The position numbers and the translations under genes are program-made. A stretch of DNA of 64,000 nucleotides, taken from the NCBI GenBank assembly GCA_963838355.1, contig CAWIQQ010000002.1, forward strand, positions 2,827,831 to 2,891,830, written 5' to 3'. This document shows positions 1 to 9,797 of the stretch, in pieces; the stretch's first letter is position 1, and each line of letters opens with the position of its first letter. The notes beneath the pieces were generated by a model. The model searched no databases. It had not been told where the DNA came from and saw only the letters and a program-made list of their open reading frames with translations. The DNA is from an uncultured cyanobacterium (GTDB lineage Bacteria > Cyanobacteriota > Cyanobacteriia > Cyanobacteriales > Nostocaceae).

Positions 1-374
1 AGTTCAAATTGACTGTAGCGTCGTAACACACCCTACAATCTATATAATGCCGTATAACAAATAATGTTTGAAGAATACATCATAATAATTTTTTCGTTAT
101 ATTTTTATCAATTATGGATAAATATAATTTTGTCAAGTAGCAATCGTTAATTTTTATGATGAATTATGTAAGATAACGATAAATTTTTAGCTTAGGGATA
201 GTTAAGTTTGATTGGGTACAGAGAAAAAGTATTGTAAACTACATAAAATCATAAAGATTTGTCAGCATCTAATTTAAAGCAAAAGATTAAAAGTGAGTAA
301 ATTACTGTATTTTGAGGTAAATTTGTGCGAGATTAGACTTACATAGATACTCTGATACTAGAAAATTAAACCTC

Positions 375-845
375 ATGGATTCTTTATTTATCAACTCGTT
401 ACTTGAAGATTTGAAAAACCCGGATGAGGTAGTGCGCGAAGAAGCAACTCGTAAATTGTGGCGCTTATGGTTTCAGCAAAAGGGAGTTTATGGTTTAGAA
501 AAAATAGAAAATAGCCAAAAACTATTAGATGCAGGTAAGATCGCTGAAGCTGAAGAAATGCTGACGCAATTGATTGAAGATCAACCCGACTTTGCCGAAG
601 CTTGGAATCGTCGTGCATTTCTCTACTACACCAATAACGAGTACGAAAAATCTTTAGCCGATACTCAAGTAGCAATAGAACTTAATCCGCTACATTTCGG
701 CGCACTTCACGGTATGGGCTTGTGTTATGCAGCTTTAGGAGAATACGCCAGAGCAATAAATTCTTTTCAGCGTGCTTTAAAAATTCAGCCTTATTCTTTA
801 ATTAATCAAAAATTGATTTTGGAATGTACGCTTAGACTCAGTTAA
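375..845 (+). CDS. TPR-repeat protein
   Basis: 156 aa with TPR-like units (AEAWNRRAFLYY, ALHGMGLCYAALGEYARAINSFQRAL). Confidence 0.85.
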   Translation: MDSLFINSLLEDLKNPDEVVREEATRKLWRLWFQQKGVYGLEKIENSQKLLDAGKIAEAEEMLTQLIEDQPDFAEAWNRRAFLYYTNNEYEKSLADTQVAIELNPLHFGALHGMGLCYAALGEYARAINSFQRALKIQPYSLINQKLILECTLRLS

Positions 846-892
846 AAGCCTTTTCCTCGCCAAAATACTGCGTATCTATTAAGGGATGATTT

Positions 893-917
893 ACAGCAGA
901 TGGTAGAAATCTGCTGT
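893..917. terminator. Hairpin between convergent TPR and hicA-like genes
   Basis: ACAGCAGA-9nt-TCTGCTGT 8-bp stem; no clear U tract. Confidence 0.35.
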
Positions 918-1009
918 TAAAGTTATTAGTTAATAGATTAATTGAAGCTTTGTTTTAAACAATATTAGTTAAGCTTTGATGTTGGATTGTAATATTAAAT
1001 TTAATCTTT

Positions 1010-1174
1010 TTAAGGTGGAATAATTTCTAAATCTTTACAAATATTTTTAACTAAAATATCGACAATCTCACTATGTCTGGGGATTGCCAATTTTCTATTG
1101 TTAGAGGGATTATAGTAAATTGTATGCTTGCCACCTTCTCGGGAAAAAAGACGAATTAGTTTACATCTTTTCAC
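1010..1174 (-). pseudogene. HicA-family toxin, internally shortened, no adjacent hicB
   Basis: GTG-KRCKLIR-LFSREGGKHTIYYNP...IPRHSEI...ICKDLEI fits HicA/YcfA motifs; appears to lack about 10 residues between LIR and LFSREG compared with typical HicA. Confidence 0.65.
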
Positions 1175-1354
1175 TAAATTTTGATAGTAATTAGTTAAGC
1201 AGATAGACAATAATCTTCACCTCAGAATGAATTTTTCGCTATTACGTAATATTTTATTATCGTTTCACCATATTCCAATATATCGACAATATTTTTAAAG
1301 GCTTCTGGGTTTGCTTTCCTCAATTTTTCAGCTATATCACCATCTCAAGCGTAA

Positions 1355-1477
1355 ATATAGCGAATTTCACTTAAGTAGAATACACAATTACCTCACCCCG
1401 ACAAGACACCCCTCTGCGCTATCTTGGGGAAGGGGTGAGGTTGAAACTGTATTGCACCCAACTGAAAACTGCTATAT
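1355..1477. mobile_element. MITE family A copy 1 (TATAGC...GCTATA ends)
   Basis: Imperfect TIR ATATAGCGAATTTCA / TGAAAACTGCTATAT; internal CCTCACCCC...GGGGTGAGG stem. Confidence 0.75.
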
Positions 1478-1547
1478 CTGTGGCTTAGTTGTATACCCAT
1501 TCAACCGTAAAATCCGCAGTACCACCCCAGTCAATCAAAATAGATAT

Positions 1548-1666
1548 TTATAGCGTTTCTCAATAAGCGTGAAGTACAGCTTTCTTTATCTCCCCTCTCC
1601 TTTTTAAGGAGAGGGGTTGGGGGTGAGGTTTTGAGATGTACCTCAATAAACCAAGAAGCGCTATAT
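1548..1666. mobile_element. MITE family A-like copy 2
   Basis: TATAGCGTTTCT...AGAAGCGCTATA ends; core CCCCTCTCCTTTTTAAGGAGAGGGG hairpin and GGGGTGAGG. Confidence 0.65.
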
Positions 1667-1686
1667 TAATGAATTTATTAATGAAT

Positions 1687-1795
1687 ATACAGCATATTTC
1701 ATCTTTGTAAGGTACATTCGGACGGGCAGGGATGCCCATTCCACAAGAGTTTTATAATATGATGGTGTACCTCATTTATCTGCAAAATGCTGTAT
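1687..1795. mobile_element. MITE-like element with REP-like core
   Basis: 9-bp TIR ATACAGCAT / ATGCTGTAT; core GGGCAGGGATGCCC resembles the GGGCAAGATGCCC hairpin at 54267. Confidence 0.55.
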
Positions 1796-2012
1796 TTCTA
1801 AATATAGTTGTAAATACTGATACATAGAACATTGAATTATAGATAAAACCTTAAGACTAAGTTTTCAATTACCGGATAATAAAAACACTAAATTTTTAGT
1901 AATTAATTTTCAAATATCAATTTAAAAGATAGTTGCTTATATGTAATTAAATTATCTTGACATCTATTATATTGAATGTTTTAAAAGTAATGTTTAATAT
2001 TTTAGGTAATAT

Positions 2013-2954
2013 ATGAGATTTGGAATTGATATTGGACATAATTGCCCACCCGACACCGGAGCAAACGGAATTAAATACGAAGACAATTTAACTTTGGATG
2101 TCGGAAATAGAGTGATGGGTAAATTAAAAGATTTAGGACATCAAGTTGTAAATTGTAAGCCAGCAAAAACTAGTAGTGTAGGAAATTCTCTGCGTCAAAG
2201 ATGTGCGACTGCAAATAGAAGTAAAGTAGATGTTTTTGTTTCCATACATTTTAATGCTTTTAACGGGTTTGCTAACGGTAGCGAAATATTTTCTATTAGC
2301 GACACGGGGAAAAAAATATCTAAGTCGGTATTAGATGAAATTATTAAAATGGGATTTTTTAATCGCGGTGTTAAAAATGGTTCCCATTTATTTGTTTTAA
2401 AAAATACAAATATGCCTGCAATTTTAGTAGAAGGTTGCTTTATTGATTCTGCCAAAGATATGAAATTATTTAATTCAGAATCAATGGCAAATGCAATTGT
2501 TAAAGGTTTGACAGGTAAATTACCTTCTACTCCCGTTATTTCCGTCCCCGATGAAACATCAAATCCCGATATTTCTGTAATTAGATTGCAAAAAACTTTG
2601 AATCGTCTCAGAATGACCGATTACAGCGGCAAACCTTTAGACGAAGATAATGAAATTGGGCCAGCAACATCATCCGCAATCAGGAAATTTCAAGAAATAG
2701 TTGATATTCAACAAACAGGCATTATTGGTAATACTACATGGGCAGCAATCAATCAAGTTTTAGCAAAACCAATAATTAGAAAAAACCACGCTGGCGGTAT
2801 AGTGATGAAATATATACAATACCGTGTGGGTACTGAAATTGACGGTATATATGGCTTATTTACAGAAGTTGCAATTCAACAATTTCAAAGAGCTAATGGT
2901 TTGTATGCTGATGGAATTGTTGGTAATTTAACTTGGCGAAAATTGATTGGATAG
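2013..2954 (+). CDS. N-acetylmuramoyl-L-alanine amidase (Amidase_3) with C-terminal peptidoglycan-binding domains
   Basis: IDIGH, YED, SIHFNA and ILVE zinc/catalytic motifs; DGIYG / DGIVGNLTW PG-binding motifs. Confidence 0.9.
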   Translation: MRFGIDIGHNCPPDTGANGIKYEDNLTLDVGNRVMGKLKDLGHQVVNCKPAKTSSVGNSLRQRCATANRSKVDVFVSIHFNAFNGFANGSEIFSISDTGKKISKSVLDEIIKMGFFNRGVKNGSHLFVLKNTNMPAILVEGCFIDSAKDMKLFNSESMANAIVKGLTGKLPSTPVISVPDETSNPDISVIRLQKTLNRLRMTDYSGKPLDEDNEIGPATSSAIRKFQEIVDIQQTGIIGNTTWAAINQVLAKPIIRKNHAGGIVMKYIQYRVGTEIDGIYGLFTEVAIQQFQRANGLYADGIVGNLTWRKLIG

Positions 2955-3169
2955 TTTTTAAGAGTTAGGAATGAAGAGTTAGGAGTTAAGAGTTTGCATA
3001 GTATGGTTTATAATTAAATTTATGAATATTAATTAATAAATATTTGTGACAATCTTGTATTTGAGAATATCTTGATTTATGTTTTATGTTATTTGATGCA
3101 GGAACAGAAGGATGGAGCGTAAGGAACTGGTTGAAATATACGAAAATGGGCAAAGAAAAGAGATTTGCG

Positions 3170-3291
3170 GGGAGCATCCCAATATTGCAAAAATAAAATT
3201 TGGTAGTGCGAGCATCTTGCTCGCTATGTATATCAAGCGAGCAAGATGCTCGCATTACAAAAAAATAAAATCACACATTTGGGATGCTCCC
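3170..3291. mobile_element. 122-bp MITE with 13-bp TIR and 8-bp target-site duplication
   Basis: GGGAGCATCCCAA / TTGGGATGCTCCC perfect TIR; GATTTGCG at 3162-3169 and 3292-3299. Confidence 0.85.
3200..3260. repeat. REP-like inverted doublet nested in the MITE
   Basis: Two inverted GCGAGC-ATCTT-GCTCGC hairpins; flanked by the 11-bp direct repeat AAAAATAAAAT (3189-3199, 3261-3271). Confidence 0.8.
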
Positions 3292-3555
3292 GATTTGCGG
3301 GAACTTGATTTAGGAAGCTAAGACTTAAACGAATCTTGATGGAGCTAATTTGATTGGAGCGAATTTTACTGAGGTTTGTTTGGCTGAAGCCAGTTTTGTT
3401 AATGCTAATCTCTCAGGAGCCATTCTAAAGCAAGCCAATTTGTATTTTGCAAAATTTCATGTTGCTAATCTTATTGGAGCTAACTTGGAAAGAGCTAAAC
3501 TCGAATGTGCTAGTTTTAGAGCAGCCAATTTGACAAGGGCTAATTTTAGAGGAGC

Positions 3556-3833
3556 TGATGTTGAATTAGGTTGCTTCTTCAGTTTTCTTAAACCATGAAT
3601 GATTCGTGCGCCTCAAACCCAAACTACCACTTCTGCATTGATGTTGGGTTAGGTTGCTTCTTCAGTTTTCGTAAACCGTAAATAAATCGTGCGCCTTTAA
3701 CCCAACCTACTCCTAACTCCTCACTCCTAACTTCTAACTCTTAACTTCTAACTTCCTCACTGATGTTGGGTTACGGCGCAAAAACACTTTTCGTAAACCG
3801 TAAATAAATCGTGCGCCTTTAACCCAACCTACA
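3556..3833 (+). repeat. Three ~71-bp REP-like units (TGATGTTGGGTT...AACCCAACCTAC)
   Basis: Units at about 3556-3627, 3639-3710 and 3761-3833, with CTAACTC-type heptamers between units 2 and 3. Confidence 0.8.
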
Positions 3834-3883
3834 ATAAAGTTTAAAATCCTAACTCCTAACTCCTAACTCCTAACTCTTAACCC

Positions 3884-5305
3884 CTAATCCCTAAACCGAT
3901 TCTGCTCGTGTACGTGGTAATTATGCCCTGCTAAAGCCATAGCTAAAAATCCCCATAGCACCATACCGGGAACTCCTAACATTCCGCTATTACCGGCTAA
4001 AGTCGATATCATAGCGATAGCAATACCCCGCGATGCAGCCATAAAAGAGTCGAAACGAGATTCGGTAAATTGAAATACTTGATAAACCAATATCAGCATT
4101 CCACCTAAATAAAATACTGCTCCAAACCAACCTAATGTGAAAAAGGTATCGAGAAATCCGCTATCAATTACGATTGGTTCTAAAATACCTTGTTCGTTAA
4201 GAGTAAATGTATTTCCTACTCCATTACCAAAACCGTTAGTAAGAGCTTTATTTAAACCTTCTTCGTAAATTTTTTGCCTTACTTGAGCGCTATCGTCTTT
4301 TTCCAATTCGCCAAAAGTCTCAAAGCGATTCGTAATAGTTTCTGAAAAAGGCTCAATTGTCGTCAACGGTACGATACAAAGCGCCATCAACAAGATAACT
4401 ACAATTAAACGCATTTGAGACTTTGCTTTTAACGAACCAAATAAAGTTACTAATCCTATTAACCAAGCACCCCACAAAGTACGTACAGATGTTAGCAAAA
4501 GTGATAAATAACCCGCAGCACTGGCAGGAATATTTAGATAATGACTGTGAGTTAGCAATAATAATAAACCAGCCATCATTACACCAGCAAAAGGCGCGGG
4601 AGAAGCCATTGTACTCCACACCCGTAGTTCCAAAGGTGCCGGGTTTCCCATACTTTTTAGCTCGGTTTCTATCAGCCAATATACATCCCATTCAGGTGCT
4701 ACTATAAACTGCCAAACACCATAGGCTCCCATGACTAATGTACCCCAGATAAAAGTACGTTGAAGCACTTGCCGATATTGAGGATATTCTCGCCACTTAA
4801 TAAATAAGAAGAAAGCAAAAGTGATAGGTGGTAGCCAATCGAAAATTCCCCTAGCCACAGTCATAGGTGCGGTTTTAATTAATCCGATCAGCGCACCGTA
4901 AAAAACGCCCAAAAATGCCATGACAAAAGGTAAACCTCCTTGTCGTAAGGATTTGGGAAGATATACGATCAGAGAATGTAAAGTAAGTAAAGTTACTAAA
5001 TATTGCGATACAAGCATAAAGCGGCTGGGATCGAAACCGCTTTTTAGATCGACGATACGAACAACAAATGGCGTAACGAACCACAGCCACCATGTAAAAC
5101 CAACATAAAGAATGGGATATCTAAAATAGAGAAAAGCACCCACCGCAAAAGAAACGGCAACATAACCGTTTCTCAGGATACCTGTAGCACCCGCAAATAT
5201 ACATACAGCCGTAAATAATACGAATGCCAGAATCGCCGTCCAACCCAAAGGAGGCTCTAAACCAAAAGAAAAACTTTTTTTACGAGTCGTGTTTAAAGTA
5301 TGCAC
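3884..5305 (-). CDS. Wzy/O-antigen-ligase-like polytopic membrane protein, last gene of HEP island
   Basis: 473 aa, many TM segments, RVWSTMASPAPF and IDSGFL motifs; follows the GT genes. Confidence 0.75.
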   Translation of the reverse strand: MHTLNTTRKKSFSFGLEPPLGWTAILAFVLFTAVCIFAGATGILRNGYVAVSFAVGAFLYFRYPILYVGFTWWLWFVTPFVVRIVDLKSGFDPSRFMLVSQYLVTLLTLHSLIVYLPKSLRQGGLPFVMAFLGVFYGALIGLIKTAPMTVARGIFDWLPPITFAFFLFIKWREYPQYRQVLQRTFIWGTLVMGAYGVWQFIVAPEWDVYWLIETELKSMGNPAPLELRVWSTMASPAPFAGVMMAGLLLLLTHSHYLNIPASAAGYLSLLLTSVRTLWGAWLIGLVTLFGSLKAKSQMRLIVVILLMALCIVPLTTIEPFSETITNRFETFGELEKDDSAQVRQKIYEEGLNKALTNGFGNGVGNTFTLNEQGILEPIVIDSGFLDTFFTLGWFGAVFYLGGMLILVYQVFQFTESRFDSFMAASRGIAIAMISTLAGNSGMLGVPGMVLWGFLAMALAGHNYHVHEQNRFRD

Positions 5306-5317
5306 TGCTTTTTTTAG

Positions 5318-5562
5318 TTAGGAATTAGGAATTAGGAATTAGGAATTAGGAGTTAGGAGTTAGGAGTTAGGAGTTAGGAGTTAGGAGTTAGGAGTTAGGA
5401 GTTAGGAGTTAGGAATTAGGAATTAGGAGTTAGGAGTTAGGAATTAGGAATTAGGAATTAGGAGTTAGGAGTTAGGAGTTATGAGTTATGAGTTACTGTT
5501 CACTGTTCACTGTTCACTGATGACTGATAACTGTTCACTGTTCACTGTTCACTGATAACTGT
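5318..5562. repeat. 35 contiguous in-phase heptamer STRRs
   Basis: 23x TTAGGA(A/G), 2x TTATGAG, 10x T(C/A/G/T)ACTG(T/A), unbroken 7-nt register. Confidence 0.9.
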
Positions 5563-6468
5563 CTGCAATCCTTGCCAACGGCCGCGCCAAGATGCTAGTA
5601 ATTTTTTGCCTGCGAATAAACCTTCGGAGGGCAGAAAGCGCAACCACTGAATGACACCCATTGCTTCGCGGGTTCCTATTGCTATAGCCCAGAATAAAAA
5701 TGCTAATTTTTGCAATGGTGAAAAGTATTCTAATAAAGCTACAGTTTCGTTATGTACTGCGTTTGCAAAGGCTATTTGATTAAAGCTGTTGCGCCGATCT
5801 TCGTCAAATCTCTTAGCTGGATAATGATTAACCGCTACTTGTGGATCGTAAATTAATTTCCAACCAGCCCGTTTTAATTTTAAAGAAAAAGCTAATTCAA
5901 AGTGAACCTGAGCGCCGGTACCTTTCATTCGTTCGTCAAAGTGCCAGCCTTGGATTGCAGCGCGTCGAAAGCTCATGTTTACTCCCTTGAGTACGTCAAC
6001 TTCTCTGGCTTCACCGCTACCTATATGATGGTTGCCGATTACTCTACCAAACCAGCTTACTTGCCCGACTGTTCCCGAATTACCATCTTCTAAATCGCTG
6101 CCGTGATAAACCCAATCGCGCCCCCCAACTCCACCGACGCGCTCGTCTGCTAAATAATGGCTTTCAATACGCGCTAACCAATCGGGATGGGGAGCCGCAT
6201 CATCATCTGTAAAAGCAACAATATCTGAACAAGCTGCATCAAGCCCCACATTCATGGCTGCAACTACTCCGGTAACTGTTACCGTGGCAGTGCGTAATGG
6301 TAAATTACTGCTGTCAAACTCTTCAAGAAATGACCAAGTTTCGGTATCAGTATCGCGCACCACTACTATAATTTCATCAGCCCGTCGAGTTTGATTTTTC
6401 AATGCTTCCAAGCAGCGAGCTAAATCTTGGCTGCGGCGGTAAGTTGGTATGATGAGTGCGATCGCCAT
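5542..6468 (-). CDS. GT2 glycosyltransferase (HEP island)
   Basis: IIPTYRR, VAFTDDD DxD motif. Confidence 0.9.
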   Translation of the reverse strand: MAIALIIPTYRRSQDLARCLEALKNQTRRADEIIVVVRDTDTETWSFLEEFDSSNLPLRTATVTVTGVVAAMNVGLDAACSDIVAFTDDDAAPHPDWLARIESHYLADERVGGVGGRDWVYHGSDLEDGNSGTVGQVSWFGRVIGNHHIGSGEAREVDVLKGVNMSFRRAAIQGWHFDERMKGTGAQVHFELAFSLKLKRAGWKLIYDPQVAVNHYPAKRFDEDRRNSFNQIAFANAVHNETVALLEYFSPLQKLAFLFWAIAIGTREAMGVIQWLRFLPSEGLFAGKKLLASWRGRWQGLQTVISEQ

Positions 6469-6470
6469 TG

Positions 6471-7616
6471 TTAATTAATCTCCTCAAATAAGTCTACATA
6501 TTGTTGTGCCATGTTCTTCCAGGTATTTTGCAGGGCAATTTCTCTTGCAGTTCGACCCATGTTACTTCTTAAATCGGGATTATCGCTCAATTTTTGCATT
6601 GCTGAGGCTAAAGCTTTTATATCGTCTGGATTTGGTAAAACTATCCCAGCTTCTGGAGTAATCAAAGGAGCAGCACCCGCACAGCTTGCGGTAATTACTG
6701 GTAGCCCTGTTGCCATTGCTTCTGTAATTACTAAGCCGAAAGGTTCGTAGCGTGAAGGAAATACAAAGAAATCTACAGCTTTCATTAAATCGGGAATATC
6801 AGGGCGAAATCCGAGAAAATGCACTCTATCGTTAATTCCCAAAGATTTAACTAACTGCGGATAAGGACTACCATCGGTTACACCCACCACGGCTAAATGT
6901 AAATTGGGAACTTCCACCAAAGCTTTTAGTACAGTGTCTAAATTTTTACGGGGTAGTCTGATATCGCCAGCAAACATTGCTAAAGGAACTTCATCGGGTA
7001 AATTCCATGTTTGCCGACTGCCATCATTACCGGGTGAAAATTCCTCGATATCCACCCCATTACTAATGACTCGAATTGCGTTTTCAGGTATGCCAATTTC
7101 TTGTAAATCGAGGGCGACTTTATCGGAAACTGCAACTACTACTTTTGTGTTTTCAAATGCTTGTTCTTCCCAACGTGCGTTGAGTTTCGTGTACAGCAAC
7201 TGATATGAATTATATAAAAATAGATATGGATTAAAGATAGTTTTTTTGTCGGCAGGTGTAGCTTCTAATTTAGAAAACTTCAACCAAGAATTATGCAAAA
7301 AATGAACTGCATTTACATCTGAAGAGGCCCAGGTAATAGCACCATTTGCTTTAACTAAATCGAGTTGATGGCGATGTTTTTTTAACCAGTTAGTACTTTT
7401 GTAAGCAAACACCATATTCCGCATCAATTCTGTGGGAACTTTTGCGGAAATAGGAACCCAATTAATCGAAGAGTGTGTTTCTAATTCGGGAGCAATCTTA
7501 CTTGCTAACACCGTTACATGATGCCCGCGACGGATTGCTTCCCAGGCAACTTCATAATTTACTCTTCCTTGACCATCACCTTTAATTAAACTATGAGTAA
7601 CAATGCAAAGCTTCAC
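6471..7616 (-). CDS. GT4 glycosyltransferase (HEP island)
   Basis: RKNLD, FPSRYEPFGLVITEAMATGLPVI. Confidence 0.9.
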   Translation of the reverse strand: MKLCIVTHSLIKGDGQGRVNYEVAWEAIRRGHHVTVLASKIAPELETHSSINWVPISAKVPTELMRNMVFAYKSTNWLKKHRHQLDLVKANGAITWASSDVNAVHFLHNSWLKFSKLEATPADKKTIFNPYLFLYNSYQLLYTKLNARWEEQAFENTKVVVAVSDKVALDLQEIGIPENAIRVISNGVDIEEFSPGNDGSRQTWNLPDEVPLAMFAGDIRLPRKNLDTVLKALVEVPNLHLAVVGVTDGSPYPQLVKSLGINDRVHFLGFRPDIPDLMKAVDFFVFPSRYEPFGLVITEAMATGLPVITASCAGAAPLITPEAGIVLPNPDDIKALASAMQKLSDNPDLRSNMGRTAREIALQNTWKNMAQQYVDLFEEIN

Positions 7617-7798
7617 TATACTATCAGCCTGCTATAAGATTAATAAATAATTTGAGTTTTGAGATTTAAGTTCTGAGCGTGCCTACTATGTTAAAGCATT
7701 TCAAAAAAAACGCACTCGAAACTTGTTCAGCAAGGATTATTATATTCCCCGTTCCCCATTCCCCGTTGCCCGTTCCCTACTTCCTATTCTCTATTTAT

Positions 7799-8710
7799 TC
7801 AAGAAACAATGACTGAAGAAACTGCTTCCGATTCAGGAATTTCTTTCTGTTCCCATAATAGATGAATGCGAGAACGACGAATAATTTCCGGCCAAGCTTG
7901 AATTGCTCCTCGCTTCAATAAATATCCACTCATATGAACAAAATATATAGTTATAAAAGCTAATAATTTGATCGGATTGGGGAACAAATTTTTATAGCGT
8001 TTAATACCAATATAAAGTCTCGCTGCTTCTATATGTAATTGATAATTACTTACGCCGCCAATACCGGGTGCATCAAGTACGCTATCGGTGCTTTTTTCAT
8101 TTACTTGTAACTCGGGACAAGATATGATTTTGTAACCGTATTTAATCGCTCGCAAACAAAGTTCAGCGTCTTCATAACCGAAAAAGATGTCTTCATCCCA
8201 TTGCTCTTGAGAAAAAAACTGTCTGGGAAATAATGCTGCATGAATTACTACTGTTTCTGGAGTACCTTCGGTGGCGCAAAAGTATCCTCGAAAAGATAAT
8301 TTAGAAGGCAGCAGTTTCTCTCCTTGAGTACTCGTGCTAGTACCCGTAAGAATAGTATATTTTCTGCGATCGTTTGGTATCTGAAAATATCTCTCTACTG
8401 CATTAGCAATAAAATCAGGTTCAACACAAATATCATCATCAACAAAAGCGACAAAATCTGTTTCTAATGCCGAAGTTGCATTTACTGCATTATTACGATT
8501 GGCGCAAACACCGCGTCTGGGGCCTGTAATATAAGTTGTTCCCGGATATTTTTTTACAACTTCTTGATTGCTTCGCTGTACCTCAACATCTTGGGAATCA
8601 TCAGAAACAACTACTGTTGAGGGTTTAACTGTAGAATTCCACAAAGCGTTTAAACAATTATCGAGTTGCTTGGAACGATTTCTAGTAGTAATACAGGCTG
8701 CGATTCTCAT
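7799..8710 (-). CDS. GT2 glycosyltransferase
   Basis: CITTRNR, VSDDS, AFVDDD, GYEDAEL. Confidence 0.85.
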   Translation of the reverse strand: MRIAACITTRNRSKQLDNCLNALWNSTVKPSTVVVSDDSQDVEVQRSNQEVVKKYPGTTYITGPRRGVCANRNNAVNATSALETDFVAFVDDDICVEPDFIANAVERYFQIPNDRRKYTILTGTSTSTQGEKLLPSKLSFRGYFCATEGTPETVVIHAALFPRQFFSQEQWDEDIFFGYEDAELCLRAIKYGYKIISCPELQVNEKSTDSVLDAPGIGGVSNYQLHIEAARLYIGIKRYKNLFPNPIKLLAFITIYFVHMSGYLLKRGAIQAWPEIIRRSRIHLLWEQKEIPESEAVSSVIVS

Positions 8711-8812
8711 GCGAAAAGTCCTTATTTGATTTTTTATTTTTTACTAATTGGAATATTTTTGATGGGGAGTAGAGAGGAAGATTTGCTCCCCTTATTTACC
8801 CTGGAGAGACTA

Positions 8813-9787
8813 TTAGAATTTAGCTGCAATTTTAGGTGGAGTAAAACTTAAAATTAGTGCGGCTGTTGTCCGCAAACTAAAGTGTCTCTTTAAAGAATGG
8901 CAAAAACGAGTACGTGCTTCCGTGGAATTTTCACCCCGCATTAAACCGATTCCCAAATTTGTATTGATTTGTCCCCATTTCTTATAAAAATGAGGATAAA
9001 GTTCTTTTAATTGCTCATCTTTCATAAACTGCTCGTAGCAGAAAAGATCGGCTTTAGCTTTGCGGATTTTACCTTGAAAATTACGTCTTCCACTTTGCAT
9101 GGTTTCTGTTTGTTCGTGTTCGCGATATCTCGTCAATTTAGCAGGGACATAATAAGCTCCCAAACCGGAACGACAACACAAATAATTTAGATAAATATCC
9201 CAGGAACCACCTACTTCTGGCGGAATGCTATCCCAATCAACAATTTCTCTACGAATTACAGCCGCAGTAGCACTAGAAACGGCTCTATCTATTAAACCCA
9301 ATCGATGAAAAGGTTGGTAGATTCCTTCTTTTAAATTTTTCCGCTTATAAAAACGCGAACATTTTTCTGTTGCAGCAGCATTAATTGTGCCGTCAGCTTT
9401 AATAACATGATGGTCGCAGAAAGCTAAAGCTAAATTAGAATTGGCTTCTAATGCAGGTACGAGTTGAGCTAAAAAGTCTTTTTCCCATACATCATCATCT
9501 AACAAACAAGCAACATATTTACCTTGTGCTTTTTTAAAAGCATTCATAGTATTCGCAAACATTCCTAGATTGCTTTGGTTGCGAAAGAAGCGAATTCTAG
9601 AATCTTTAAAAGACTCAACTATTGACTGAGGATTTTGAGGACTACAATTATCGGAAACAATAATCTCGATATTCTGATATGTTTGTTGAACCGCACTTGT
9701 CAGCGCTGCTTGCAAATATTCCGGACGATTATAAGTAGGAGTTATAATACTGACTAAAGGTTGATTGTCTTGATTGATTGTTGTCAT
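8813..9787 (-). CDS. GT2 glycosyltransferase
   Basis: VSIITPTYNRP, VSDNCS, LLDDD. Confidence 0.9.
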   Translation of the reverse strand: MTTINQDNQPLVSIITPTYNRPEYLQAALTSAVQQTYQNIEIIVSDNCSPQNPQSIVESFKDSRIRFFRNQSNLGMFANTMNAFKKAQGKYVACLLDDDVWEKDFLAQLVPALEANSNLALAFCDHHVIKADGTINAAATEKCSRFYKRKNLKEGIYQPFHRLGLIDRAVSSATAAVIRREIVDWDSIPPEVGGSWDIYLNYLCCRSGLGAYYVPAKLTRYREHEQTETMQSGRRNFQGKIRKAKADLFCYEQFMKDEQLKELYPHFYKKWGQINTNLGIGLMRGENSTEARTRFCHSLKRHFSLRTTAALILSFTPPKIAAKF

Positions 9788-9797
9788 ATATTTAAAT

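Larger units (their letters stand above)
3112..3555 (+). pseudogene. Pentapeptide-repeat protein pseudogene
   Basis: MERKELVEIYENGQR start then ANLIGAN/ANLSGAIL/ANLERAKL repeats; interrupted by a MITE at 3170-3291, further stops, and cut off by a repeat at 3556. Confidence 0.8.

Noticed and set aside
1311-1553. ORF-track ORFs 1311-1553, 27687-27992, 37858-38076, 52431-52697, 52490-52687
   Set aside because: They are read through MITE or repeat sequence and have no protein motifs.
3556-3833. Triple repeat as CRISPR
   Set aside because: Units are about 71 bp, spacers are irregular and partly STRR.
5318-5492. TTAGGAG tract as telomere-like or eukaryotic contamination
   Set aside because: It is a typical Nostocales heptamer STRR inside a bacterial operon, with related tracts elsewhere in the window.
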